From NCBI GenBank assembly GCA_019244185.1, contig JAFATB010000014.1:32001-96000 (forward strand): a stretch of 64,000 nt of DNA, in the 5' to 3' direction. The notes beneath the pieces are model-generated. The model saw only the letters and a list, made by a program, of their open reading frames with translations. It was not told the DNA's origin and did not search any database. Each line of letters opens with the position of its first letter. Within the stretch, counting starts at the first letter, position 1. The DNA is from Acidobacteriota bacterium. GTDB lineage: Bacteria; Acidobacteriota; Thermoanaerobaculia; Gp7-AA8. The position numbers and the translations under genes are program-made. Positions 12,862 to 22,623 of this stretch are shown here, one piece after another.

Positions 12862-14182
12862 ACCTCCGACGCGCGCCACGCATGCGCTCGAGCCGCTCCT
12901 TGATCGCCGCTTCGGCGCCGGCGTCTTTCGGTTCGTAGAAGCGGCGGCCGGCGAGGGAATCGGGGAGGCACTCCATCGCGGTGGTTTGCTCCTCGTAGTC
13001 GTGCGCGTACTGGTAGCCGCGGCCGTAACCGACGTCCTTCATGAGGCGTGTCGGAGCGTTACGGATGTGGAGCGGGACGGGTGGATTGTCGCCTTGCCGG
13101 ACTTCCCGAACCGCTTCTCCGTAGCCGACGTAGGCGGCGTTCGACTTGGGGGACGCGGAGAGATAGGTCACGAGTTGGGCGAGTGCGACGCCGGCTTCCG
13201 GCATGCCGAGGAAGTGCACGGTTTGCTGGACCGCGATCGCGAACACCAGCGCTTGCGGATCCGCGTTCCCGATGTCCTCGGACGCCGCGCGCACGAGGCG
13301 GCGTGCGATGTAGAGCGGGTCCTCGCCGCCTTCCAGCATGCGCACCAGCCAGTACACCGCGGCGTCCGCGTCGCCGTTGCGGAGCGACTTGTGGAGCGCG
13401 GAGATGATGTTGTAGTGCTCCTCGCCCGACTTGTCGTACATGAGCGATCGGCGCTGCAGGATCTCTTTGACTTTCGCGACGTCGATCGGGCTGTCGTCGC
13501 GTGAGGCGGTCTCCGCGACGAGCTGCAGGCTCGTGAGCGCCTGGCGCGCGTCGCCGGCGGAGGTCGCGGCGACGAAGTCGAGCGCGTCGTGCGTGAGCTC
13601 GATGCCGAACTTCTCGACGGTGGGGTGGTGCACCGCGCGTTCAACGATCGCGAGGACCTGTTCGCGTTCGAGCGGCGGGATCACGACGACCTTCGCGCGC
13701 GAGAGCAGCGCCGAGTTCACCTCGAAGGACGGATTCTCGGTCGTCGCGCCGATGAGGACGATGTCGCCGGCTTCGACGTAGGGGAGAAACGCGTCCTGTT
13801 GCGCCTTGTTGAAGCGGTGGATCTCGTCGATGAAGACGATCGTCTTCGCGCTGCGCGTCTGACGCGAGCGGCGGGCCTCTTCCATCAGCGCCTTGATGTC
13901 CTTGATCGAGCTCGAGGTCGCGGAGAACGTCACGAAGCGCGCGCGGGTCGTCTTCGCGATGATGCGCGCGAGGGTCGTCTTTCCGGAGCCCGGCGGACCC
14001 CAGAAGATCATCGACGGGATGCGGTCGTTCTCGATCGCGTTGCGGAGGAACTTCCCCTTGCCGAGGAGATCGTCGAGGCCGACGACGTCATCGAGGGAGG
14101 AGGGGCGGAGGCGTTCGGCGAGCGGCGCGTCAGCGCGGACGGGAGGATCGGGCGGCGCGGTATCGAAGAGGGAGCCGGTCAT
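12860..14182 (-). CDS. rarA: Replication-associated recombination protein A (MgsA/RarA)
   Basis: PLAERLRP, GPPGSGKTT, FIDEIHRFNKAQQD, GATTENPSF, YDKSGEEHYNIISALHKS. Confidence 0.95.
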   Translation of the reverse strand: MTGSLFDTAPPDPPVRADAPLAERLRPSSLDDVVGLDDLLGKGKFLRNAIENDRIPSMIFWGPPGSGKTTLARIIAKTTRARFVTFSATSSSIKDIKALMEEARRSRQTRSAKTIVFIDEIHRFNKAQQDAFLPYVEAGDIVLIGATTENPSFEVNSALLSRAKVVVIPPLEREQVLAIVERAVHHPTVEKFGIELTHDALDFVAATSAGDARQALTSLQLVAETASRDDSPIDVAKVKEILQRRSLMYDKSGEEHYNIISALHKSLRNGDADAAVYWLVRMLEGGEDPLYIARRLVRAASEDIGNADPQALVFAIAVQQTVHFLGMPEAGVALAQLVTYLSASPKSNAAYVGYGEAVREVRQGDNPPVPLHIRNAPTRLMKDVGYGRGYQYAHDYEEQTTAMECLPDSLAGRRFYEPKDAGAEAAIKERLERMRGARRR

Positions 14183-14194
14183 GAGGCGAGAAGC

Positions 14195-14297
14195 GAATGA
14201 AGAACGCAGAACGCAGAATGAAGAATTGAGAAACGCGCGCGCGCAGCGCGCCACCACAATTCTTCATTCTTCATTCTGCGTTCTTCATTCTTCATTC
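14195..14297. repeat. Heptamer-repeat hairpin: (GAATGAA/GAACGCA)n ... (TTCATTC/TGCGTTC)n
   Basis: Left arm 14195-14228 and right arm 14257-14297 are built from complementary 7-mers. Confidence 0.85.
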
Positions 14298-15255
14298 AAC
14301 ACAGAATCGAAAAGTCGAGGTTTCCGCCGCTGACCATGATGGCGACCGGGCCGCGCGGCTTGATCGCGCCGTTGAGGAGTGCGGCGATGCCGAGGGCGCC
14401 GGTCGGCTCGATGACGAGCTTCGTGCGGTACATCGCCCACTTGGTCGTCTCGAGGAGAACGTCGTCGTCGACGGTGACGATGTCGCGGACGCGTTCGCGG
14501 ATGATGGCGAAGTTGCGCTCGCCGATGTGGAGCGTCCGCGCACCGTCGGCGATCGTCTTCGGCGGCTCGATGGTCACGATGCGGCCGGTGCGGAACGACT
14601 GCTGGCCGTCGTTGCCGGCGGCGGGCTCGACTCCGTAGATGTCGATCGATGGATGGACGGAGGTCGTGCCGAGCGCCGTTCCGGAGAGAAGTCCGCCGCC
14701 GCCGAGCGGCGTGATGATGGTCGTGACATCGGGCCACTCGTCGACGATCTCGAGGCCCGCGGTGCCGGCGCCGGCGATGATGCGCTCGTCGTCGAACGGC
14801 GGGATCACGGAGGCGCCGTTCTTCTCGGCGATCTCGCGCGCGATCGTGTCGCGCGTGGCGGCGGTGACGCCCGCCTGCACGACTGTCGCGCCGTAGGCTT
14901 CCGTTGCCGCCACTTTCGACGCCACCGAATTCTCCGGCATCACGATCGTCGCGGGGATGCCGAGCGTCCGTGCGGCGAGGGCGACGCCCTGCGCGTGATT
15001 GCCGGACGAGAAGGCGACGACGCCGTGCTTCCGCTGCGCTTCATCGAGCTGCAGCAGCGCGTTCATCGCGCCGCGGATCTTGAAGGACCCCGCGCGCTGG
15101 AGGTTCTCGCATTTGAGGCGGACTTCGACGCCGGCGCGTTCCGAAAGCGAGCGGCTCGGCAGCAGCGGCGTGCGGTGAATGTGCGTGCGAATGCGCTCCG
15201 CGGCGGCGCGGATGTCGGCTAAGTCGATTGTGCTGCTGACGTTTGGCGAACTCAC
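14296..15255 (-). CDS. PLP-dependent threonine/serine dehydratase family enzyme
   Basis: LKCENLQRAGSFKIRGA, SSGNHAQG, PLGGGGL, SGGN motifs; no regulatory ACT domain. Confidence 0.9.
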   Translation of the reverse strand: MSSPNVSSTIDLADIRAAAERIRTHIHRTPLLPSRSLSERAGVEVRLKCENLQRAGSFKIRGAMNALLQLDEAQRKHGVVAFSSGNHAQGVALAARTLGIPATIVMPENSVASKVAATEAYGATVVQAGVTAATRDTIAREIAEKNGASVIPPFDDERIIAGAGTAGLEIVDEWPDVTTIITPLGGGGLLSGTALGTTSVHPSIDIYGVEPAAGNDGQQSFRTGRIVTIEPPKTIADGARTLHIGERNFAIIRERVRDIVTVDDDVLLETTKWAMYRTKLVIEPTGALGIAALLNGAIKPRGPVAIMVSGGNLDFSILC

Positions 15256-15365
15256 CTGCCGTAGTATAAACTCGCGTCGATTATTTGATTTCTCGAATCG
15301 AGCGGCGTAGATCGTCGGCGTGATCCGCTGACACCAAGGTCATCTTCGGGTTGGAGGTTGGGGTT

Positions 15366-16967
15366 ATGTGGAGATGGGTTACCCGCGGCCTGGTACTCAC
15401 CTTTGTTGCGGCGCTGTCCGCGCCGGCACTTTTCGCGCAGACATTTACGTTCACCGGTGACGTCGATCGCCCCGATCCGGCGAAGACGCAATCGGGCATC
15501 ATCGAGGTCCGCGGCTGGGCGCTCGATCCCGGTCAGATCTCGCGCATCGAGCTCTGGGTCGACGACCAGTTCAAGCAGAACGCGGTGATGTTCCTCCCGC
15601 GCATCGACGTCGAGCAGGCGTTCCCCGACTGGCCCGGCATCCACACCGCCCGCCCCGGCTTCATCACCGGCTTCCATACCACCGACGGTCCGCACACGAT
15701 CGAGATGCGGATCTATACGCAGGACGGCCAGGTCCACTTCCTCGGCCGCCGCGTCATCAACGTCAACAACAGCATCAACCAGCCGCCGTTCGGCTTCGTC
15801 GACATCCCCGACGGCAACGGCGTCTACAACGTGTCCGGCGCGTTCCCGGTGAACGGCTGGGCCGCGGACCTCGACGGCGTGCAGAAGGTCGAGGTGCTGA
15901 TGGACGACGGCGTGCTGCAGGGCGCCGTCTACGGCGACGCGCGTCCCGACGTCGCCGCGACGTATCCCGACTTTCCCGCCGCGGCCTTCAGCGGCTGGGT
16001 CGCGAACGTCGACACCACGCGCATCGAGAACGGCCCGCACACGCTCACCGTGCGCGTGACCGATCGCAATGGCGTCCCGGCGCTCATCGGGCGCCGCACG
16101 GTACAGGTCATCAACAACGACAACTTCCTCAAGCCGTTCGGCTTCATCGACGAGCCGCAGCGCGACGCGGTGCTCTACGGCACGCTGTGCGGCGAAGGCG
16201 ATCAGGGCGGCCCGATCGTGTCGCCGCCGATCCGTCCCACCGCGCACATCACGCCGGTCCGCGGCTGGGCACTCGACCTCGGCACGCGCGAGAACACCGG
16301 CCGCGTCGCGTACGCCGAGCTCCTCGTCGACGGCGTGCGCTGGCTCTCGACCAACAACTGCGGCGTCGTCGAAGGGGAGTTCGCGAACTGCTACGGCCTC
16401 CCGCGCTTCGACGTCGCCAAGTACTACCCGTCGTTCCCCGACGCGCCGCGCTCCGGCTATCTCTTCACGCTCGACGTCGGCGCGCTGCTGAACCTCGGCG
16501 TACGCCCCGGCAATCACACGCTTTCCGTTCGCGTCGGCGATCGCGAGGGCACGTTCTCCGAGATCCCGAACGCCGACGGCATCCCGGTCTTCTTCCAGTG
16601 CGCGGAATCGACGCTGCACTTCCCGGCGCAGGGATTCATCGAGTTCCCGGCGAACTTCGACTACGTCGGCGGCACGGTGGTCTTCCGCGGCTGGGCGCTG
16701 ACCGAGGGACCGGCCGACGTCGTGATCGGCGTGGAGCTGTTCGTCGACGGCACGTTCGTCGGCACCGCGCAGTACGGCTTCCCGCGCACGGACGTCGAGG
16801 ATCAGTTCCCGTTCATCACCGGATCGCTCAACTCCGGCTGGATGTTCCAGATGGACACGCGCATTCTTCCGAACTCGCGCCACCAGCTCACGGCGGTAGC
16901 GGTCGACAACCGCGGCACGCGCACGATCATCGGCTCGAGCTACTTCTACACCGAGAACAACAACTAG
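15366..16967 (+). CDS. Secreted protein with four Ig-like repeats
   Basis: Signal peptide; four repeats of the form G-x-x-D-x-P...GWA...VDG/VDD...RxDV; GGAGG SD upstream. Confidence 0.7.
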   Translation: MWRWVTRGLVLTFVAALSAPALFAQTFTFTGDVDRPDPAKTQSGIIEVRGWALDPGQISRIELWVDDQFKQNAVMFLPRIDVEQAFPDWPGIHTARPGFITGFHTTDGPHTIEMRIYTQDGQVHFLGRRVINVNNSINQPPFGFVDIPDGNGVYNVSGAFPVNGWAADLDGVQKVEVLMDDGVLQGAVYGDARPDVAATYPDFPAAAFSGWVANVDTTRIENGPHTLTVRVTDRNGVPALIGRRTVQVINNDNFLKPFGFIDEPQRDAVLYGTLCGEGDQGGPIVSPPIRPTAHITPVRGWALDLGTRENTGRVAYAELLVDGVRWLSTNNCGVVEGEFANCYGLPRFDVAKYYPSFPDAPRSGYLFTLDVGALLNLGVRPGNHTLSVRVGDREGTFSEIPNADGIPVFFQCAESTLHFPAQGFIEFPANFDYVGGTVVFRGWALTEGPADVVIGVELFVDGTFVGTAQYGFPRTDVEDQFPFITGSLNSGWMFQMDTRILPNSRHQLTAVAVDNRGTRTIIGSSYFYTENNN

Positions 16968-16991
16968 CTCGCGCGCAACACTCGAGACGCG

Positions 16992-17022
16992 AAAAAGCCC
17001 GGCGCGTTGCGCCGGGCTTTTT
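16992..17022. terminator. Bidirectional rho-independent terminator
   Basis: AAAAAGCCCGGCGC-GTT-GCGCCGGGCTTTTT between convergent genes. Confidence 0.9.
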
Positions 17023-17033
17023 CATTTGCGGAG

Positions 17034-19925
17034 CTAGAAGAGCTTGAGGAAGACGACGTTCGCGACGAAGCCGTCCTGCGCGTTGCGGCCGATGGTCTTG
17101 CCGATGTCGAGGCGCAGCAGCGTGCCGTACGGGCCGACGGTCTGCCCCGCGATGCCGAGACCCTGGAACGGCTCGCGGCGCAAGCCGGCGCTCGCGTCGT
17201 CGACGACGGCGTGGTCGTAGAACGCCTCCATGCGGAACTGCTCGGAGAAGACGAAGCCGTACGAGAGGTGACCGAGGATCGCGCGCTCGGCGCGGACGGA
17301 GCCGGATTCGACGCCGTGCACGCGCTGCGCGCCGAAGAAGCCGAGCTCGTACTTCGAGAAGCGGTCGAGACGCGTGCCGTCGAGATAGTTCACGTCGACG
17401 CCGATACGCTGGAACTTCGGCAGGTAAAAGCTCTTGCCGATCGACGCGCCGAAATGCGCGAACGACTTCTGGGCCGGGTCGTATTCGGAGATGCCCGGCG
17501 CGCCCCACGGCTCCCATTCGCTGCGGCGGTTGTAGTCGTAGTACGCGGAGGCGCTGTAGCCGTGCCGCGCGTACTGCGCGCTCACGGACGGCGAGAAGAC
17601 GAACGTGTCCGACGGGATGACGAAGTCGGCCGCGGTGTCTTCCGCGCGCTGATACGTGAAGTGCGCGATGCCGAGGGACGCGTCGATCTTGCCGAAGCCG
17701 AAGACGGGATGTCCCGCGCGCAGCGTGAGCGACGCCGGCAGCGTTTTCACCGCTTCGGACGGCTGCTCCTCGCCGTTGCGGAACATCGTGTTCTGGAACG
17801 GCACCGCGAGGCCGAAGAAGTCGGCGCCGACGTTCGTGCGCGTGTTGCCGACGTTCGGATCGGTGGCATTCGCGGCCACGATCACGCCCGCGAAAAAGAC
17901 ATTGGTCTGAATGCCGCGATTGAGCAGGTTGAAGTTGAAGTAGTCGATGCCGCCGAGCGGGACGACCGGGTAGTCGAGACCGGCGTCGTGATGGATGCCG
18001 CCGAGCATGAAGAGGCGCGACGTGTCGAAGCCTTCCTTCACCTCGCGCGTGCCGTCGCCGCGCTTCTCGAGGTAGCGCATGCCCTCCGGCGTCTCACGCA
18101 CCATGCGCGCTTCCGACGCGGACGCCTCGGCGTGCAGGCGGTCGTACTCCGGCGGATCGAGCCGGTAGTTGGTGAAGTCGGTCGCGCGCTCGACGACGCT
18201 CGCGCGGCCGGCGGCGGAGATCACCTGCTGCGCGTGCACGTCGGACGGCAGCCAGACGATCAAACGCGGATCGGACTTCGCGACGTCGGCGGCGCTGAGC
18301 GGCTCGTGCGTGACGCTCGCGAACGGCGCGAAGTCGACGCGCTCTTCGTTCGACAGCACTTCGCCCGTGAGATGCAGTTGCACCGTCGCGACGCGGATGC
18401 GCGCCCACGTCCGCGCATCGATGAAGACGGTGCCGCGGTACAACGGTAGGTCGGCCGGTGCATTCGGCGGCGGCTCGAAGCGAACTTCGTAGACGTGATA
18501 GCCGTTCAGCTCCGTCTCGCGCACGAGCTCGTAGCGGTAGTCGTTGGTCAGATGGATGTCGAGCGGCAGCTGCGCGACTTTCTCCGGCTGGATGAGCGGC
18601 AGCTCGGGGATGCGCCCGTACTTCCACTTCACGCCGTTGATGTAGAAGTCCTGCCAGACCCAGTCCGAGCTGCCGTGCGGGTCGGAGAAGTAGTCGCCGG
18701 CGATGGTGGCCTCGATTGCGTCGGCGCCGCTGCCGATGTCGAAGCGCAGCTTGGTCGTGTTGCGCGCAATCGTGCGCGGCACGAGGGTGTCCTGATAGGC
18801 GCGGTACGCCTGATGGTTGCGGATGATCTCTTCGACCGAGATGCCGCGCTGCGTGGCGACGCTGATCGATTCCTTCGTGACGTTGTGCTCCGGCTTCTCC
18901 GCGTGCTCGACGAGCACCGCGTACGGCGCGGTCGTCGCCGGCGTGCCGACGAGCAGGCGTCCGTTCTTCTGTCCCGTGTCGGTGATCGCGCGCTCGCCCG
19001 CGGCGTCGATGCGGCGCGGCGTCGTGTAGCGCTCGCCCGGCAGCGCGAGGATCGACGCGGACGCGGCGTCGCCGCGTGCGACGAGCAGCGTGCGCAGGTC
19101 TTCGCCGCGCACGAACGTGAGCACCGGCATGTCGATGCTGTTGCCTTTCGCATCGAGCACCGCGGTCTTGGACGTCGAGTCGAACGCCCAGTCGCCGGTC
19201 ATGGTGCGGTTGAACTGCGCGAGCGCACGCGCGTCGGCGGGGCCGGATGCGTACGCGCGCGACGCGCCGGCGGCGAGCGCCTGCGCGAGATCGAACAGAG
19301 GATTCGGCGACTGCAGGGCGGTGACGGCGTAGATCTTCTTCGAAGGATCGTGCTCGGCCAGCGTTGCCAGTGTGATCGGAACGTACTGCGCATAGACGAC
19401 GACCGCGTCAAAGTACGAGCCGGCGCCGCTCTCGAACGCGTCGATCAACTCGGAGTGGTCGTGCAGCTCCATGCTCACGTTCGCATACATCGCGTTGCGG
19501 TTGTCGAAGAGGATGCGCTGCGCCGCCTGTTGTCCCTGGGCCATCACCGAGAGCCGTTTCGTGGCGTAGGCGACGAGCGCCGGATCGGTGCTGTCGATAT
19601 GCACGCCGATCGCGTCGAACGGGCCGTGCGCCTTCGCCCAGTCGACGATCGCTTTCGTCTTCTGTTCGACGTCGTCGACGTTCGCGGCTTTGTAGTCGAT
19701 GACGACGGCGACGTTCGCGGCATTGGCCGCGGCATACGTCGCGTAGTTGCTCTCATCGAGCCGGACGAGCGCCGGCGCGACGACGCCGTCGCCACCGAGC
19801 TGGCCGACGCAGAGCGTGCAGGCGCCCGGCGTCTGCGAGGGTGCGGGCGTCTGCGCCAGCGCGGCCGGTGGGACGCCAATTTGCAAAAGCGGGACGAGCA
19901 GTAGAAGGAAGGACAGTTTTTTCAT
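17034..19925 (-). CDS. Large secreted protein, probable C-terminal outer-membrane beta-barrel; function unknown
   Basis: Signal peptide MKKLSFLLLL; aromatic amphipathic beta strands; C-terminal VANVVFLKLF. Confidence 0.65.
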   Translation of the reverse strand: MKKLSFLLLLVPLLQIGVPPAALAQTPAPSQTPGACTLCVGQLGGDGVVAPALVRLDESNYATYAAANAANVAVVIDYKAANVDDVEQKTKAIVDWAKAHGPFDAIGVHIDSTDPALVAYATKRLSVMAQGQQAAQRILFDNRNAMYANVSMELHDHSELIDAFESGAGSYFDAVVVYAQYVPITLATLAEHDPSKKIYAVTALQSPNPLFDLAQALAAGASRAYASGPADARALAQFNRTMTGDWAFDSTSKTAVLDAKGNSIDMPVLTFVRGEDLRTLLVARGDAASASILALPGERYTTPRRIDAAGERAITDTGQKNGRLLVGTPATTAPYAVLVEHAEKPEHNVTKESISVATQRGISVEEIIRNHQAYRAYQDTLVPRTIARNTTKLRFDIGSGADAIEATIAGDYFSDPHGSSDWVWQDFYINGVKWKYGRIPELPLIQPEKVAQLPLDIHLTNDYRYELVRETELNGYHVYEVRFEPPPNAPADLPLYRGTVFIDARTWARIRVATVQLHLTGEVLSNEERVDFAPFASVTHEPLSAADVAKSDPRLIVWLPSDVHAQQVISAAGRASVVERATDFTNYRLDPPEYDRLHAEASASEARMVRETPEGMRYLEKRGDGTREVKEGFDTSRLFMLGGIHHDAGLDYPVVPLGGIDYFNFNLLNRGIQTNVFFAGVIVAANATDPNVGNTRTNVGADFFGLAVPFQNTMFRNGEEQPSEAVKTLPASLTLRAGHPVFGFGKIDASLGIAHFTYQRAEDTAADFVIPSDTFVFSPSVSAQYARHGYSASAYYDYNRRSEWEPWGAPGISEYDPAQKSFAHFGASIGKSFYLPKFQRIGVDVNYLDGTRLDRFSKYELGFFGAQRVHGVESGSVRAERAILGHLSYGFVFSEQFRMEAFYDHAVVDDASAGLRREPFQGLGIAGQTVGPYGTLLRLDIGKTIGRNAQDGFVANVVFLKLF

Positions 19926-19975
19926 GAGATTCCGCGTATTTCCGGCGTTTTTCAACGCCGTGGCGTGAGCTGAAA

Positions 19976-20869
19976 TTGCCAGTCAAAGGCGTGCTGTTTC
20001 TGAATCGTTCATCGGGCGCGAAACTGCCGCCTGCCGAGGCCGAGGCGCTGCGCGCGGCGGCCGGGGAGGCGAACGTCGACGTGATCGCGCTCGCGCCGGA
20101 CGTCGACATCCCGCGCACGATCCGCGAGCACCTCGCCCGCGGCACGCGTCTCTTCATCGCCGCGGGCGGCGACGGCACCGTGCACCACGTCCTGCAGCCG
20201 CTCGTGAACACGGAGGCGTGTCTGGCCGTGCTGCCGATCGGCACGTACAACCACTTCGCGCGCGATCTCGACATCCCGCTCGACTGGCGCGCCGCGCTGG
20301 AGGTCGCGCTGACCGGCGACAAGCGCCAGATCGACGCCGCGCGCGTGAACGACCGCTACTTCGTCAACAACCTGTCCATCGGTCTCTATCCCGAGCTCGT
20401 GGCGCGGCGCGAGGAGCGCGGCCGCGATTACCCGCGCTGGAAGGCGCGCCTGTGGGCGGCGTACGTCACGCTGCGCAAGTATCCGCATGTCACGGCGACG
20501 CTCGAGTCCGAGCACCATCACGAGGTCCTGCGCACGCACGTCTTCATCGTGTCGAACAACTCGTACGACCTCTCGCGGGCCGGAATCGAAGCGCCGCGCT
20601 CGACGCTCAGCGAGGGACGCCTCTCGGTCTACTGGCTGCCGCACGTGCCGCGGCTGCGCCTCACGCGCTACATCGCGCGCTACCTCGCGGGACGCGTGCA
20701 CCAGGCGCCCGGCTTCCGCTCGTTCCGCACCACGCGCATGCGTTTGCAGTCGTCGCGCAAGAAACTCTCGGTCGGACTCGACGGCGAGCTGTTCGTGCTC
20801 GACACGCCGCTCGTCATCACCAGCGTGCCGCAGTCGCTCCTTGTCAAAGTCCCGCGTGAGGGATACTGA
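19976..20869 (+). CDS. Diacylglycerol kinase family lipid kinase (YegS/BmrU-like)
   Basis: NRSSG, AAGGDGT, LPIGTYNHFARDL, LDGE motifs. Confidence 0.9.
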   Translation: MPVKGVLFLNRSSGAKLPPAEAEALRAAAGEANVDVIALAPDVDIPRTIREHLARGTRLFIAAGGDGTVHHVLQPLVNTEACLAVLPIGTYNHFARDLDIPLDWRAALEVALTGDKRQIDAARVNDRYFVNNLSIGLYPELVARREERGRDYPRWKARLWAAYVTLRKYPHVTATLESEHHHEVLRTHVFIVSNNSYDLSRAGIEAPRSTLSEGRLSVYWLPHVPRLRLTRYIARYLAGRVHQAPGFRSFRTTRMRLQSSRKKLSVGLDGELFVLDTPLVITSVPQSLLVKVPREGY

Positions 20870-20874
20870 GCGCG

Positions 20875-22617
20875 ATGCCGGGCATCTTCGACACCGTGGT
20901 CGATCCGCGCGTGCAGTCGCTCTTGCGCCGCGAGCAGCGGCTGCTCGTCGAACTGCGCGAGACGCTCGAACGCGAACAGGGCGACGAACGGCGGCGCGTC
21001 GAGGAACTGCTGGCGACGCTCGAGGATCTCTTCACGATCGTGATCGTCGGCGAGTTCAACGCCGGCAAGTCGTCGCTGATCAACGCGCTCTTCGGCGCGA
21101 AGCTGCGCGTCGAAGGTCCGATCCCCGTCGATGACGTGATCTCGATCCTCCGCTACGGCGAACAGGCTTCGCAGAAGCGCATTTCGGATTACGTGACCGA
21201 GCAGTTCTATCCGGTCGATTTCCTGCGCAACATCACGCTCGTCGACACGCCGGGCACGAACTCGATCGTGCAGCGGCATCAGGAGATCACCGAGGATTTC
21301 ATCCCGCGCGCGGATCTCGTGCTGTTCGTAACGTCGATCGATCGGCCGCTCTCCGAGTCGGAGCGCCGCTTCCTCGAATACATCCGCGAGTGGGGGAAGA
21401 AGGTCGTCTTCGTGTTGAACAAGGTCGACACGAAATCGGACGACGAGATCGCGCAGGTGCTCGACTACCTGAAGACCAACACGCGCGCGATCTTCGGCTT
21501 CGATCCGACGATCTATCCGACCGCGGCGAAGCTCGCGCTCGAGGCGAAGCTCGGCAACGCGCCGCCGCGCGACTGGACGCGCAGCCGCTTCGAGGCGCTC
21601 GAGGACTACATCTTTCAGGTGCTCTCCGAAAAAGAACGCGTGCGCCTCAAGCTCGCCGCGCCGCTGGAGACGATCCTCAGCCTCTCGCGCAAGCAGTTCC
21701 GCATGATCGAGTCGCGGCGTGAAGTGCTCGCCGCCGATCAGGCGCGCATCACGTCGATCAACGACCAGCTCGAACGCGCGCGCGCCGATCTGCAGTCGAA
21801 CTTCCGCCAGTTCGTCATCCGCATCGACAACCTGATGATGGACCTCGAGCGCCGCGGCATCGACTTCCTCGAACGCTACGTCCGCATCCAGCACGTGATG
21901 ATGCTGCGCGACGCGCTGCGCTTCCGCGAGGAGTTCGATCGCCAGGTCTTCGCCGGCTGGAAAGGCAACATCGACGCGACCATTCAGGAAGCGGTCGACT
22001 GGATCGTGCGCGAGAACATGAAGCTCTGGTCCGGCACCGTCGAGGCGTTTCATCGCCGCGCCGAATCCGACGCGCGCAACGAGGAGATCGTCGGCCGCGT
22101 CGGACGGGAGTTCGCGTACAACCGCGAAGAGGTCTACGCGCGCATGCGCACGAACGCGGAGCAGCGCCTCGCCGCGTACGACGTGAACGTCGAATCGCGC
22201 CGCATCATCGACAACGCGATGCGCGCCGTCCTCCACTCCTTCGGCCTCGGCGCCGGCGCGCTCGGACTCGGCTATCTCCTCACGACCGCCGTCAGCAGCA
22301 CCGCCGTCGACGTCACCGGCCTCACCGCCGCGACGATGCTGCTCGTCACGAGCTTCCTCATCCTTCCGTACAAGCGTAGCAAGGCGAAGGACGAGTTCCG
22401 CCGCCGTATCGAGGAACTGCGCACGCAACTGCAGGAGTCGCTCGACCGCGAGTCGAGCACCGAGATCGACCGCATGCTCCGCTCGATCACGTCCGCGTTC
22501 GAGCCGTATCAGCGCTTCTACGCCGCGGAGTCCGAAAAGATCGAACGCTTCGCCGCGAAGCTGACGTCGATCGACGGCGAGGCGCGCGCGATCACGGGCG
22601 AGATCGAGAAGCTCTGA
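20875..22617 (+). CDS. Bacterial dynamin-like protein
   Basis: GEFNAGKSS (G1), DTPG (G3), NKVD (G4); helical stalk with hydrophobic paddle near the C-terminus. Confidence 0.88.
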   Translation: MPGIFDTVVDPRVQSLLRREQRLLVELRETLEREQGDERRRVEELLATLEDLFTIVIVGEFNAGKSSLINALFGAKLRVEGPIPVDDVISILRYGEQASQKRISDYVTEQFYPVDFLRNITLVDTPGTNSIVQRHQEITEDFIPRADLVLFVTSIDRPLSESERRFLEYIREWGKKVVFVLNKVDTKSDDEIAQVLDYLKTNTRAIFGFDPTIYPTAAKLALEAKLGNAPPRDWTRSRFEALEDYIFQVLSEKERVRLKLAAPLETILSLSRKQFRMIESRREVLAADQARITSINDQLERARADLQSNFRQFVIRIDNLMMDLERRGIDFLERYVRIQHVMMLRDALRFREEFDRQVFAGWKGNIDATIQEAVDWIVRENMKLWSGTVEAFHRRAESDARNEEIVGRVGREFAYNREEVYARMRTNAEQRLAAYDVNVESRRIIDNAMRAVLHSFGLGAGALGLGYLLTTAVSSTAVDVTGLTAATMLLVTSFLILPYKRSKAKDEFRRRIEELRTQLQESLDRESSTEIDRMLRSITSAFEPYQRFYAAESEKIERFAAKLTSIDGEARAITGEIEKL

Positions 22618-22623
22618 GCGCGC

